Origin: the human T2T-CHM13v2.0 reference genome, Homo sapiens
Direction: 5' to 3'
DNA: 64,000 nucleotides
Assembly: GCA_009914755.4 (NCBI GenBank)
Contig: CP086569.2
Coordinates: 2,848,001-2,912,000, forward strand
This document shows positions 42,916 to 55,158 of this stretch, piece after piece. Position 1 is the first letter of the stretch; each line of letters opens with the position of its first letter. The position numbers and the translations under genes were made by a program. The notes under the pieces are model-generated. The model was not told where the DNA came from, did not search any database, and worked only from the letters and a program-made list of their open reading frames with translations.

Positions 42916-42950
<35 letters not shown>
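42916..42950 (+). repeat. (A)35 homopolymer expanded inside the L1 ORF2 coding remnant, at the 'attaaaaagtcagg' (AIIKKSGNN) site
   Basis: Flanks 'agataccaccttactcctgtgggaacgctcattattaaatagc' and 'ccatctgtattggcgtggatgtaggggaaagggaatgc' align to L1 'agataccatctcacaccagttagaatggcgatcattaaaaagtc|aggaaacaacaggtgctggagaggatgcggagaaataggaacac'. Confidence 0.6.
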
Positions 42951-42951
<1 letters not shown>

Positions 42952-43684
42952 ATCTGTATTGGCGTGGATGTAGGGGAAAGGGAATGCTTATACATTGCTG
43001 GTGGGAATGTAAATTAGAACAAGCTCTATGGAAAACAATATGAAGATTCCCTAAAGAGCTAAAACTAGACCTACTATACAACTGAGCAATCTCACAACTG
43101 GGTATCTACCCAAGGGAAAAAAAGTCATTATGTGAAAAAGAAACTTGCACATGTATGTTTATAACAGCACAGTTTACAATTGCAAAGATGTGGAACCAAC
43201 CTAAGTGCCCATTGACTAATGAGTGGATGAAGAAAATGTGGTATATATACTTAGATTCCTACTTAGCCATTAAAAGGAAGAGAATAATGTCCTTTGCAGC
43301 AACTTCGATGGAGCTGGAGGCCATTATTCTAAGTGAAGTAACACGGGGGTGGTAAGCCGAAAACTATATGTTCTCACTCATAATTGGGAGCTAAGCTATC
43401 AATATGCAAAGGCATACAGAGTGATATAATGGACTTTAGAGACTCAGAAGGGGGAGGGTAGGAGGGGAGCTAGGGATAAAAACAGTACACATTAGTTACA
43501 ATGTGCACTACTTGAGTTATGGGTGCACCAAAATCTTAGAATTCACCACTGTAGGGAACTGAACAGTGAGAACACTTGGACACAGGGTGGGGAACAGCAC
43601 ACACCAGGGCCTGTAGTGGGGTTGGGGGAGGGGGGAGGGATAGCATTAGGAGATATACCTAATGTAAATGATGAGTTAACACGT

Positions 43685-43810
43685 ACATGTATACATATGT
43701 AACATGGCACATGTATACATATGGCACATGGCACATGTATACATATGTAACAAACCTGGCACACATATACATGGCACATGTATACACATGTAACAAACCT
43801 GCACCTGCAC
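43685..43810 (+). repeat. Internal tandem duplication, about 3-4 copies of a 30-bp unit, in the L1 3'UTR
   Basis: 'catatgtaacatggcacatgtatacatatggcacatggcacatgtatacatatgtaacaaacctggcacacatatacatggcacatgtatacacatgtaacaaacctgcacctgcac'. A single copy occurs in L1 consensus. Confidence 0.75.
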
Positions 43811-44732
43811 ATTGTGCACATGTACCATAGAACTTAAAGTGTAATAAAAAAAAGAATTTACCACTGTATAATTCATCCATGTAACAGAAGACCACTTGTA
43901 CCCCAAAATATATTAAAATAAAATGAAAATTAACAAAACAAATTGTACCAGGCAAACAATAAAAAAAAGCAAATATAAACAAACATTTATATATTTGTAA
44001 GTGAAATTTGTTAGTTTCAAGAATCTTTTCAGTTATTTAAAATCTAAAAGTCATGTTATGTTACATTAAGTAGTAGATAGTCATAAAATATCTGAGGAAC
44101 TATTTTGTTTGTTTGTTTTTGGTTTCCACAGAAATTCATCTTAATAAATATTTAATTACTGAAATCATGTAGAGGTCTGACTTGTCTGGAAGCTCATCTA
44201 CAACAACACTTCCTGAAATGAGACATAACTGTTAACTGTTTAATTGGACTGGCCTATTTGGGGATTAAGAGGCAGAGACAATGGCTTATGAGACAACCCA
44301 CCAACCCAATTTCTAGACTTCGAATCTTTTTGTGGAAGTTTCAGATTGGAGAACATTGAGGCTCATAAAACAATACCCCCAAATTAAGATCTCAGAAGCA
44401 TAGGTTTTCTCTGTCCTTCTCCTGCACTCCTGTCTGTTACCCCCTCATTTTCCCCCAAGGGAAGCCATAGAAACTAAAATCCCTTTTCTCCAAGATGGGT
44501 CATAGAAACTAGAACTCCTTTTCCACATGAGACAGTTAACACTGTGTTTCCTTTCTGGAAGAGATGTTGTAGATGGGCTTCCACAAAAGTAAGGCCTCTG
44601 TATGATTTCAGCATTCAAATATTTAATGAGGCATTTCTATGGAAATATAATAAACAAAGATAAGTTAGGTAATAGTCATAAAACCTAAAAATGATTACCC
44701 TAACTTTCCTCTTCTTTCTGTGAAAGTATTTA

Positions 44733-45470
44733 GGGGTGGCAAATATCCAAGTCTCCCAACACCAGATATGTTACTGGTGGCAAATATCTGAGTCTCATGG
44801 CACCAAATATGTTAGGGGTGGAAGGTATTGGAGTTAAGGGTGGTGAATCCGTACAGGTCTGCAGCAACCTCAATTCTTGCCTCCTCGGAAGAAAGAATTC
44901 AACTGAGAGGCATAAGGCAGAAAAAGAGACCAAGGCAAGTTTCAGAGCAGTAGTGGAATTTTATTTAAAAAGGCTTTTGAACAGGAAAGAAAGGAAAGTA
45001 CGCTTGGAATAGACATAAGAGGGCATGTGAAGGTCAAGTGCCATCTTTAACCCTGATCCTAGAACTTTATAGACTGGCCCCTTTCCCGTGATTCTTCCCT
45101 TAGTGTGGGCTTCCTGTACATGCAGTACCCTTCTTACCCTTGGGAGGTGAGTACACGCAGTATTTTTAGGAAGTTGTATGCGTGCTCATCTGAGACTTTC
45201 TTCCCTTTTCTGGTGGAGTGTCCTCGGAAGGTCATACTCTGCCATTTTGTCTCTTAATGCACATGCCCAGGAAGTTGCATCTCTCTGGCACCTACAATTA
45301 ACACTTTAGTGCAACAGGTGTGGACCATAAAAAAAATGACCTCTCCCTGACACCGGCTGTCAATTTATCACTTTTACAATGTGATAATTGCTGAACAATT
45401 ACCCAACATTCCTAATGGGTGGAGAAAGAGCCCTCTCCTGGACCACTCCTCCTAACTGCCATAAAGAACT
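44733..45470 (+). repeat. Unclassified dispersed repeat, copy R1 (about 740 bp; LTR-like features)
   Basis: About 75% identical to 52486-53260 over the full length: 'ggtggcaaatatcc...gtctgcagcaacctcaattcttgcctcctcggaagaaagaattcaactgagaggcataaggcagaaaaagagaccaaggcaagtttcagagcag...ggaaagaaaggaaagtacgcttggaa...'. Confidence 0.6.
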
Positions 45471-46204
45471 TATCTGACCTACTTTGTTTGATAGTAGGTC
45501 ATAAGAGCCCCTTTTAAAAGAGGGTCCTTACCTATATCCAGAAGGAAGAAATGCTGCACAGAGAGGCTAGGACAAATACGAACAGACGGGCTTTGCTGTT
45601 TCCCGACTCAGTCTATTAGCATTAGCTATTACTCTCTTTTCAGTCATGGCTCTGCACAGTTGACCATTTTTTATTAAACCTAAGCATAATAACGGACACC
45701 TTCACCCATATCTTTGGGTCTTTATTCTGAAGGTTCTCATGTAACATAAAACTGTGATTCAATATAATTATTTTGCTTCTCTCTTGTTAAACTGTCTTTG
45801 TTCTAAGGGTGTCAGCTGTGACCCTTATGGGGAGGAAAGAAATCACCCATTTTGCACCCCCACAGGAAATTAGTTAACATATTATTTATTAATTTTTTGC
45901 TAAAATATATCTTATCAAATAACAGCTAGAGTGCAATTTAGCAGAAATGATGTTGGCATTACACAAATATAGAACATTTTTTATACACCTCTATATTTTG
46001 TGGGCTCAGAAACTGATATCCCAAAATATGGTGTTTTAATGTGCTGAACTTAAGAAGCCTCAAGTCTCGCTGACCTGTCCTCCACCACAGCCTCTCCCAA
46101 AGCATGGGACAAAGTTGTTATTTGAAGCTGCTCTATCGGCCCAAAGTCCAGACGCACCAGGGAGAACAATTGTTGTTGTTTTTCTCTTCCCTATTATATA
46201 ATTA

Positions 46205-46545
46205 TTTATTGCCGAAAAGAAGACCAAGAATTTAACCACACAAGAACAGACTCTTATATAAGATAATGTCTGTCTCTCAAATGTATTCAAATTCCAAAGA
46301 GAACTATTTACCAGTTAATCTGTTCCCCATCCATTTATTCTTCCTGTTATTCAATTATTGCCCCTCACCATAATTCTTCTTCCTCCCTTTCAAAATCTGT
46401 TTTGCCAGGATCTGAGTCCCATTCTTTCTGTAACATCAAGCTGGTGTATAAGCTTCTTTGCCTTATTGGGGGGTTGGATCTTTGTTTCCTGTATAAACAT
46501 TGAATAAATTTGTATGCCTTTTCTCTTATTAATCAACGTGTCTCA
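46205..46545 (+). repeat. Unclassified dispersed repeat, copy A1 (about 340 bp; AATAAA-containing, LTR-end-like)
   Basis: Homologous to 51640-51960: '...caagataatgtctg...attccaaagagaactatttaccagttaatctgttcc...cattgaataaatttgtatgccttttctcttattaatc'. Confidence 0.55.
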
Positions 46546-47756
46546 TGTCGGTGATTTTCAGCCAACCTTAAGAGGGCAAAGAGGAATTGTCCCCTTGGCT
46601 ACCCTACAATATCTATTACCTGTATCTTTCTTAAAATTGTACGTTAGCCATTTTTACTAGTTTTGAAAATGTTTTTTAAAAGAGAAAATAGTGTTTTGCA
46701 AAAGTTAGCAGACAATTTTATTGAAGTCCCTAATGCCTAATTTTTTAAGTGATTATTTGCATAACATATATTTTATCAAATGTGTTGCATTATGTTAATG
46801 GCATTTTGATTGTTAGTATTAATTTATGTGATAAATATTTCCTACATTAAAAAATTTAATACCAATAAATAAATAGCCTTCTTTCATTCAGAGCACATAT
46901 GGCTCTTTCAATGGGGCAAAGAGGTATCCAACTGCTACTGACTTTAAGCAGATCAAAAATTCTTTTCAGGTTGAGCAGGACACAAATTAGTCACAATCAA
47001 TCACATTATCTGTTCTCTTACACCTTCCAATTCCACTCTGAATAGTATCCACAGGAAAGAATTAGTAGGAAATTAAATTATAATCATGTATTCTGGAGAA
47101 TGTATAGAAAGTATTAAAGGACTGTGTAGAAGAAATTTGAATAGAACATAAAGGCATTAGATTCGTGTGAAAAGAACACAGCAGCATATGTGCCTTGTGA
47201 TATAATGTCAGACAAATTTCTTTCATATAATTAGCGAACCCTGGTGTTGCAGAACTTTGCTTCTTAGTTCAGCTAAAACCAAGTTCTTGTGACACGACCA
47301 GGAAGTTAGGCATGCAGGCACATTGAAGGGTGAGGGGAATGGAATTTATTGGGCAAAAAGGAAAAAAAAACAACAACAAAAAACACCTCTCAACAAAGCG
47401 AGAGGAGTTCCTGCTAACAGGCTGCCACCTCACAGGTTGATTTTAGGCCACACACAGTAACTGAAGAGGCCAGGCTCCTCCCCTGTGTAAACAGCACAAA
47501 CTTCCCATGGCTCCACCCTGTTCTCCCAGTGCACAGGCCGGTAGGAGATTGTCGGGAGACCCTCTCCCTTATCTGCTTTCTGCATCTATCACTGGCTTAC
47601 TATGTACATGAATATAAGACAGAAATTTTAATGTAACAACTAGGAAGCAAAAAAAAAAAAAAAAAATTACACAGTTTTACAGCCTGTTAATGAAATTCCA
47701 TTTTCATTGTTATGGGTGGTGTGCATTTTTAGAATTATAATATTTAATAGCATAGG

Positions 47757-50039
47757 TGTATTAGTCCATTTTCACGCTGATCATAAAGATATACCCAAGA
47801 CTGGGCAATTTACAAAAGAAAGAGATTTAACGCACTTACAGTTCCACTTGGCTAGGGAGGCCTCACAGTCACAACAGAAGATGAAAGACATGTCTGACAA
47901 GGAGGCAGACAAGAAAAGAGCACTTGTGCAGGGAAATCCCCGTTTTTAAAACCATCAGATCTCATGAGACTTATTCACCATCATGAGAACAGCATGGGAA
48001 AGAACCACTCCCGTGATTGAATCACATCCCACCAGGTCCATATCACAATATGTGGAAATTCAAGATAAGATTTGAATGGCGACACAGCCAAACCGTATCA
48101 TTCCACCCCAGCCTCTCCCAAATCTCATGTCCTCACATTTCAAAACCAATCATGCCTTCCCAACAGTCCCCCAAGTCTTAACTCATTTTAGCATTAACTC
48201 AAAAGTCCAACATCTCATCTGAGACAAAGCAAGTCCTTTCTGCCCATGAGCCTGTAAAATCAAAAGCAAATTAGTTACTTCCTAGATACAATGTGGGTAT
48301 AGGGATTGGGTAAATACAGCCATTCCAAATGGCAGAAATTGGCCAAAACAAAGGGGCTACAGACCCCATGCAAGTCGGAAATCCAGCAGGGCAGTCAAAC
48401 CTTAAAGCTCCAAAATGATCTCCTTTGACTCCATGTCTCACATCCAGGTCACGCTGATGCAAGTGGTGGGTTCCTGAGGTCTTGGGTAGCTCCACCCCTG
48501 TGGCTTTGTAGGGTACAGCCTCCTTTCTGGCTGCTTTCACAGGTTGGCATTGAGTGTCTGTGGCTTTTACAGGCGCACGGTGCAAACTGTCAGTGGATCT
48601 ATCCTTCTGGATTTTGGAGGACGGTGGCCCTCTTCTCACAGCTCCAGTAGGTGGTGTCTCAGTAGAAACTCTATGTGGGGGCTCAGACCCCACATTTTCT
48701 TTCCTCACTGCCCCAGCAGAGGTTCTCTATGAGAGTCCTGCCCCTGCAGAAAACTTCTGCCTGGGCATCCAGGCGTTTCCATTCATCTTCTGAAATCTAG
48801 GCAGAGGTTCCCAAACCTCAATTCTTGACTTCTGTGCATTTGCACACTCAACACCATGTGGAAGCTGCCAAGGCTTTGGAATTGCGTCCTCTGAAGCCAC
48901 GGCCTGAGCTATATGTTGGCCCCTTTCAGCCACAGCTGGAGTGGCTGGGATGCAGGGCACTAAGTCCCTAGGCTGCACACAGCACAGGGACCCTTTGCTC
49001 AGCTCGCAAAACTGCTTTTTCCTCCTAGACCTCTAGGCTTGTTATGGGAGGGGCTGCCATGAAGACCTCTGACATGCCCTGGAGACATTTTCCCAGTTGT
49101 CTTGGGGAATAACATTAGGCTCCTTGTTACTGATGCAAAGTTCTGCGGCCGGCTTGGATTTCTCCTCAGAAAATGGGATTTTATTTTCTATCGCATTGTC
49201 AGGCTGCAAATTTTCTGAACTTTTATGCTCTGCTTCCTTTTTAAAACTGAATGATTTTAACAGCGCCCAAGTCACCTCTTAAAGGCTTTGCTGCTTAGAA
49301 ATTTCTTCCGCCAGATACCCTAAATAATCTCTCTCAGAGTCTATGTTCCACAAATCTCCAGGGCAGTGGCAAAACTCTTGCTAAACCATAACAAGAGTCG
49401 CCTTTGCTCCAGTTCCCAAAAAATTTCGCATATCCCTCTGAGACCACCTCAGACTGGATTTCATTGTCCATATTTTCAGGATTTTGGTCAAAGCTATTCA
49501 ACAAGTCTCTAGGGAGTTCCAAACTTTCCCACAATTTCCTGTCTTCTTCTGAGCCCTCCAAACTGTTCCAACCTCTGCCTGTTACCCAGTTCCAAAGTCG
49601 TTTCCACCTTTCCCAGTATCTTTTCAGCAGCACTCCACTCTACTGGTAACAATTTACTGTATTATTCCATTTTCGCACTGCCAATAAAGACATATCACAC
49701 TGCTGATAAAGACATACCTGAGACTGGGCAATTTACAGAAAAAAAAAAGAGAGAGAGAGAGAGATTTAATGGACTTACAGTTCCACGTGGCTTGGGAGGC
49801 CTCATGATCATGACAGAAGGTAAAAGGCACATCTCACATCGTGGCAGACAAGAGAATAGAGTCTGTGCAGGGAAACTCCCCTTTTTAAAATCATCAGGTC
49901 TTGTGAAACTTATTCACCATCAAGAGAACAGCATGGGAAAGACCCACCCTTATGATTCAATCACCTCCCACTGGGTCCCTCCCACAACACATGGGAATTC
50001 AAGATGAGATTTGGTTGGGGACACAGCCAAACCTTATCA
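47757..50039 (-). mobile_element. Complete THE1/MST-type MaLR retroelement, antisense: 3' LTR 47757-48100, internal 48101-49656, 5' LTR 49657-50039
   Basis: Both LTRs read antisense '(c)tgtatta(g/t)tcc(a)ttttc(a/g)c(g/a)ctg...gacttacagttcca...cccaccaggtcc...caagat(a/g)agatttg...gacacagccaaacc(g/t)tatca'. A 1.56-kb internal segment lies between them. The 145-aa minus ORF 48271-48708 lies in that internal segment. Confidence 0.85.
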
Positions 50040-50250
50040 ATAGAAAAGTTTAAATTTTTCTCCTGAAGGTTCAATTATTTGAGTCTGTAAAACCAACTAA
50101 TAGACAATATTGGGATGCAGAAAATGAATACAAAAAATATGGTGCTTGGGCATGCTTTGTGCTTTTGAAAATGAAAAGACCTCAGAAATAAGCCTCAGAA
50201 TCAAGGTCCTTCTAACCTTGTTGCATTCCTCCCACTCCTCAAGAAGCATT

Positions 50251-50393
50251 TTCTTTTTCTGAGACAGGGTCTCACTTTGTCACCCAGGCTGCCCTGCAGT
50301 AGCACTATCATAGCTCACTATTGTCTCAACTTCCCAGGCTCAAGCCATCCTCTCACCTCAGCCTCCTGAGTAGCTGAGACCACAGCTGCGTGC
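50251..50393 (-). mobile_element. Alu fragment (3' half), antisense
   Basis: 'ttttctttttctgagacagggtctcactttgtcacccaggctgccctgcagtagcactatcatagctcactattgtctcaacttcccaggctcaagccatcctctcacctcagcctcctgagtagctgagaccacagctgcgtgcc'. Confidence 0.7.
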
Positions 50394-50747
50394 CTGTATT
50401 AGTCCGTTTTCACACTGCTGATAAAGACGCACCTGAGACTGGGCAATTTACAAAAGAAAGAAGTTTAATGGACTTACAGTTCTACATGGCTGGGGAAGCC
50501 TCACAATCATGATGGAAGGCAAGAAAGAGCAAGTCATATCTTACATGGATGGCAGCAAGCAAAGAGACAGCTTTTGCCGAGAAACTCCCCCTTATACAAC
50601 TATCAGATCTCATGAGATTTATTGGCTATCACAAGAACAGCAGGAGAAAGACCTGCCTCCATGATTTAATTATCTCCCTCCAGGTCCCTCCCACAACACG
50701 TGGGAATTCAAGATGAGATTTTGGTGGGGACACAGCCATATCATATC
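50394..50747 (-). mobile_element. Solitary THE1/MST-type MaLR LTR, antisense, directly downstream of the complete element
   Basis: 'tgtattagtccgttttcacactgctgataaagacgcacctgagactgggcaatttacaaaagaaag...cctccaggtccctcccacaacacgtgggaattcaagatgagattttggtggggacacagccatatcatatca'. Confidence 0.85.
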
Positions 50748-51467
50748 AATGTCACTGTCAACGAAAAGAGCCGAACTCTGTAAAATATTTGAAGAGATTT
50801 ATTCAGAGCCAAATATGAGTGACCATGGCTGGTGACACAGCCCTCAGGAGGTCCTGAGAACATGTGCCCAAGGGGGTTGGGATGTAGCTTGGTTTTATAC
50901 CTTATAGGGAGGAATGAGACATCAATCAAATACATTTAATAAATACATTGGTTTGGTTCAGAAAGGTGGTACAACTCAAAGTGGGGGCTTCCAGGCTGTA
51001 GGTAAATTTAAATACTTTCTGGTTGACAATTGGTTGAGTTGGTCTAGAGACCTGGGATTGACAGAAAGGAAATGTTAAGGTTAAGATAAAAGACTGTGGA
51101 GACCAAGGTTATTTTGAAGCCTTATAGTGGCTGCCCTTAGAGACAATAGATGACTAATGTTTTCTATTCGGATCTTTAAAAGGTGCTAGATTTTTAGTCA
51201 ATCTGTTTAGGATTGGGAGGGTCTGGAAGAAAAAGATTGGCTATGTTAATAGAGATTCTTTACAGATGTAAATTTTCTTCCACAAAGGACAGCTTTGCAG
51301 GGCCATTTCAAGATATGGCAAAGAAACATGTTTTCACATAAAATATTTTGATTTACTTCCATGTCTCATAATATTGTGCCAGAGTCAGGTTGGAAAGTAA
51401 GTCATGATATATAGGACTAAATAAAACCCATCTGATGAAAATTTATGGTTTGTAGGGCATGATTTCC

Positions 51468-51565
51468 CATGTTCTCCAGGCTAGTCTCAAACTCATGGCC
51501 TCAAGCAATCCTCCTGCCTTGAACTCCCAAACTACTGATATTACAAGCATAAGCCACGATGCTCA
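51468..51565 (-). mobile_element. Alu fragment (left-arm portion), antisense
   Basis: 'catgttctccaggctagtctcaaactcatggcctcaagcaatcctcctgccttgaactcccaaactactgatattacaagcataagccacgatgctc'. Confidence 0.6.
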
Positions 51566-51639
51566 GTGCAGAGCAGGAAAGCTTCATACCAACAGAAACA
51601 TAATTCCTTTCAATTTCTTCCCTGAAATGTCACCAATTT

Positions 51640-51960
51640 CAGAATAGAAGACTAAAGAAGGCAACCACACCAAATAGACTTTTTTTGCAAGATAATGCCT
51701 GACTCTTGAACTGATTTAAATTCCAAAGAGAATCACTTATGAGTTAATTTCTGTCTCCCTGGTCCATTCATTCTCTCTAATAATCACTTACTGCTGCCCA
51801 AAAGAATTTTCTACATTCCTTATCACCTCCCTCCCCTATGAAAAAGAGTACACTTCTATATCCCATTGAGGGTTTGGGGTAATCATTTTTCCCCCAACCC
51901 CTGCCCCTCATGCATGTTAATAAAATTTGTATGCCTTTTATCCCATTAATGAAACTGCCT
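51640..51960 (+). repeat. Unclassified dispersed repeat, copy A2
   Basis: See A1: '...caagataatgcctgactcttgaactgatttaaattccaaagagaatcacttatgagttaatttctgtctcc...catgcatgttaataaaatttgtatgccttttatcccattaatg'. Confidence 0.55.
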
Positions 51961-52485
51961 TTGTAAAATTATGGCAATAAGAGAAATCTGACATCATTGA
52001 CTTCATCTCACTCATAATTTTGAAGCTCTCCTCAGTAATTCATGGGCATAGGCCAAGCAAACTTTGGGAGAGATTTAGTTTGTAGTTTAATCTTAAAGCA
52101 AGGGTGATAATAGCTCTTCCCCAAACTAAATCAGCCTTGTAAAACTAATGAAAGTCCCTGCAAGTAAGATTATGAGAGGGACTTGAATTCTGCTAAGATG
52201 TAGGCATAGTTTCTATAATCCCTTACTGCTCAGGACTCAGGTAGCTGGAGATGACAAGATTCATGACTTCCACAGTTGCTCTTATAGATAATATCACTAT
52301 TGTGGAAGCTAAGATTCATCTTTTGAGATTTTTTTTTGCACACTTTTGTGTTCTGGCAACCAAGTTAATCCATCTGGACTTCTGATTCATGACTCAACCA
52401 GTCCTGTGGCCCCCCACTGAGAGGTGGACTCAACGCATGAGGACCATTTTTCACACTCCTATTATGGCAACTTCAACTGTTAGCG

Positions 52486-53260
52486 GTGGCAAATATCCAG
52501 GTTGCCAGTGCTGAATCTGTATGGGTCTGCAGCAACTTCAATTCTTGCCTCTTCAGAAGAAAGAATTCTACTGAGGTGCATAAGGCAGAAAAAGAGACTG
52601 GGGCAAGTTTCAGAGTGGGAGTGGAAGTTTATTGAAAAGCTTTAGAGCAGGAAAGAAAGGAAAATACACTTGGAAGGGATCCAAGTGGGCATCTTGGAAA
52701 TCAAGCACCTTGTTTAACCTTGAACCTCAGATTTTATATGCCGGTCTACTTCTAGCATCTTGCATCCTTTTCCTTTCAGTCTTCCCTAAAGGTGAGTCAC
52801 CCGCATGCATGGTGCCCTCCTTGCACTCGGGAGGTGAACACGCACAGTGTGTTTAAGTAGTCGTAAGCATGCTCACCTGAGGCTTTCTTCCTTTTCTGGT
52901 GAAATGCCCTGGGAAGGTCATACTTTACCATTTTATCTCTTAATGTACATGCTCAAGCCAACTCACCCCATTCCTGAGTTGTTATTGGAAGCTGTCAATT
53001 ACCAATTTCAAGTGTTTTTATCTATTGAGAAATTGCCTCTTTCTGGCATTGGCTGTGATGAATTATTATTTTAGAAAGCCCAACCATCTGGAAACTGCCT
53101 CTCTCTGGTATGAGCTGCAATCAATTCTCATTCTAGAGAGGCAGTGTGATAACTGCTAGGCCATCACCTGATGTTTGCCTGACATTCCCAGTGGGTGGAG
53201 GGTGAGCCCTCTCATGCCCCTCTGATGCCTGCCTAGCTATATACTGAAACACAACCAATC
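52486..53260 (+). repeat. Unclassified dispersed repeat, copy R2; contains an internal tandem duplication of about 50 bp
   Basis: See R1. Internal duplication 'gaaattgcctctttctggcattggctgtgatgaattattattttagaaag / gaaactgcctctctctggtatgagctgcaatcaattctcattctagagag'. Confidence 0.6.
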
Positions 53261-53901
53261 AGTAACTGCCATTACCTAGTCTTCTCCCTGCATACCAAAT
53301 TTTCTTGAAAGACCATAACTCTAAGCCTTCAAGGAGACTGATTTGGGTAAAAAGCATGTCTCCTATGTGGCCAGTTTCCTGTAAAATAAATCCTTTCCTT
53401 ACTGCAATGCTGTGATCTCAGTGTTTGTGCAGCAGGCAGGAAAAGGCCATCAAATGATTACATTGATATGCTTCTTTTTAATTTGATTTTTATAGAATCT
53501 TCAGAGCACAAAGGAAAAGTTTTCCCTTGTCCCCTACAGAAATTAGCAGAAAAAAAGACATACAAATGTATTGGCATGAATATGTGAGCATGAGAGTCAT
53601 ACAAATAAAAATCCTGAAAGAAAAGGAAGATGACTGATGCTTAAATATTCACTTCATTGAAGAGAGGGGAGATGGAGGCTTGTAGGAGTAAATGATATTC
53701 AGAGGAAATTAATGAACCTAAAGAACAGCAGCCCAGAAACAGGTTTCTCTGAGCTCTGAAGAATGTCACATTATGGGTTATAGAAAAATGAAGGAAGGAA
53801 TTTATGTCAAGCAAAGGTAATCTTGTTATGCAGATAAAAATATTCCAGGTAATCTCTGAGCTGCCTTTAGAAAAAGTAGATGATAGTTTGTGGTTGGTTA
53901 A

Positions 53902-54230
<329 letters not shown>

Positions 54231-54636
54231 GAAAGTCTGTTTATTTTACCAATGCAGTTTTTTTCTTTTTTTTTTCTTTTTTCTTTTTTACAAATGCACA
54301 TCTCTTCTGCAAAAGGCAGCTTTGCCAAGGTATTCCTGTGTGCAGGTTCTCTGAATAGCTTTCTGGAAATATCTCAAAAAAGTAGACTTTGGGGTAAAAT
54401 ATTTTTGGTTTCCCATAATGGCGTGTTATCCTTTGTATTCTGCCTAACTACATTTCTCCTTTCTCTGATAACCTATCTCTTGTTAATGGAAATAATACCG
54501 ATGACGATCCTTCAGAAACATAAAATCTGAGGCTACAAATCTTTGGCAAAGGAGAAAGTGATAGTTATGACTCTTACATGAGGTTATGTTAATAAAATTC
54601 TAGTTGCTAATAATCAGAAATAAGACAAAAAGTCTG

Positions 54637-54750
54637 TCTTCTCTGTCTCTATCTCTTTCTCTCTCTATATATATTTATGTATATATGTATGTATATATGG
54701 GTATGTGTATATCTATATATGTGTGTATATATGTGTGTGTGCATACGCAT
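54637..54750. repeat. Compound microsatellite (TC)n/(TA)n/(TATG)n/(TG)n
   Basis: 'tctctgtctctatctctttctctctctatatatatttatgtatatatgtatgtatatatgggtatgtgtatatctatatatgtgtgtatatatgtgtgtgtgcat'. Confidence 0.9.
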
Positions 54751-55158
54751 CCACCACACAGACCCCCCAGAATAGCAATAGCAATAGAATTTCAGGGTGT
54801 TAGATGGACTACATTGTGAGACCAAAGCAAATATTTGATGGTTACTATGCCAATTATGAAGGAGATAAAGCGGACAAGAGAGAATGAGAGAGAGAAAATA
54901 ATTTCAATTTAAAGGCAGTGGAAAAATGGCCCCAAAATCTTTCATATATTATTAATATCATCAGTTTATATTGTGTATGACAGAATAATTTTTCCTTCTT
55001 ATTTTTTAGAAAGATGTACATATTTCAGAGGTAAGATTTAGGTTTCAGGTGTTCTCCAACCTTTCTGCATATCAGCACAAACACCTAATGAATGTATTAC
55101 AAATGTTAGTTTCTTAGCTCTACTAAATCTGAATCCTTTGAAGTATCTATTTTAACAG

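Larger units (their letters stand above)
42780..43860 (+). mobile_element. L1 (L1PA/L1PB-like) 3' fragment: ORF2 C-terminus plus 3'UTR
   Basis: Plus ORF 43155-43355 'MFITAQFTIAKMWNQPKCPLTNEWMKKMWYIYLDSY...'. 3'UTR '...ggggttgggggaggggggagggatagcattaggagatatacctaatgtaaatgatgagtt...caaacctgcacctgcacattgtgcacatgtaccatagaacttaaagtgtaataaaaaaaag'. Confidence 0.8.

Noticed and set aside
43543-43982. Three overlapping Cys/His/Tyr-rich ORFs (76-107 aa)
   Set aside because: Artefacts of the tandemly amplified 'catgtatacatatgtaacaaacctgcac' motif in an L1 3'UTR.
48271-48708. 145-aa ORF, the longest in the window, on the minus strand
   Set aside because: Lies wholly inside the internal region of the THE1/MST MaLR element at 48101-49656. 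MaLR internal sequences commonly carry fortuitous or gag-relic open frames, and there is no start context or splice signal.
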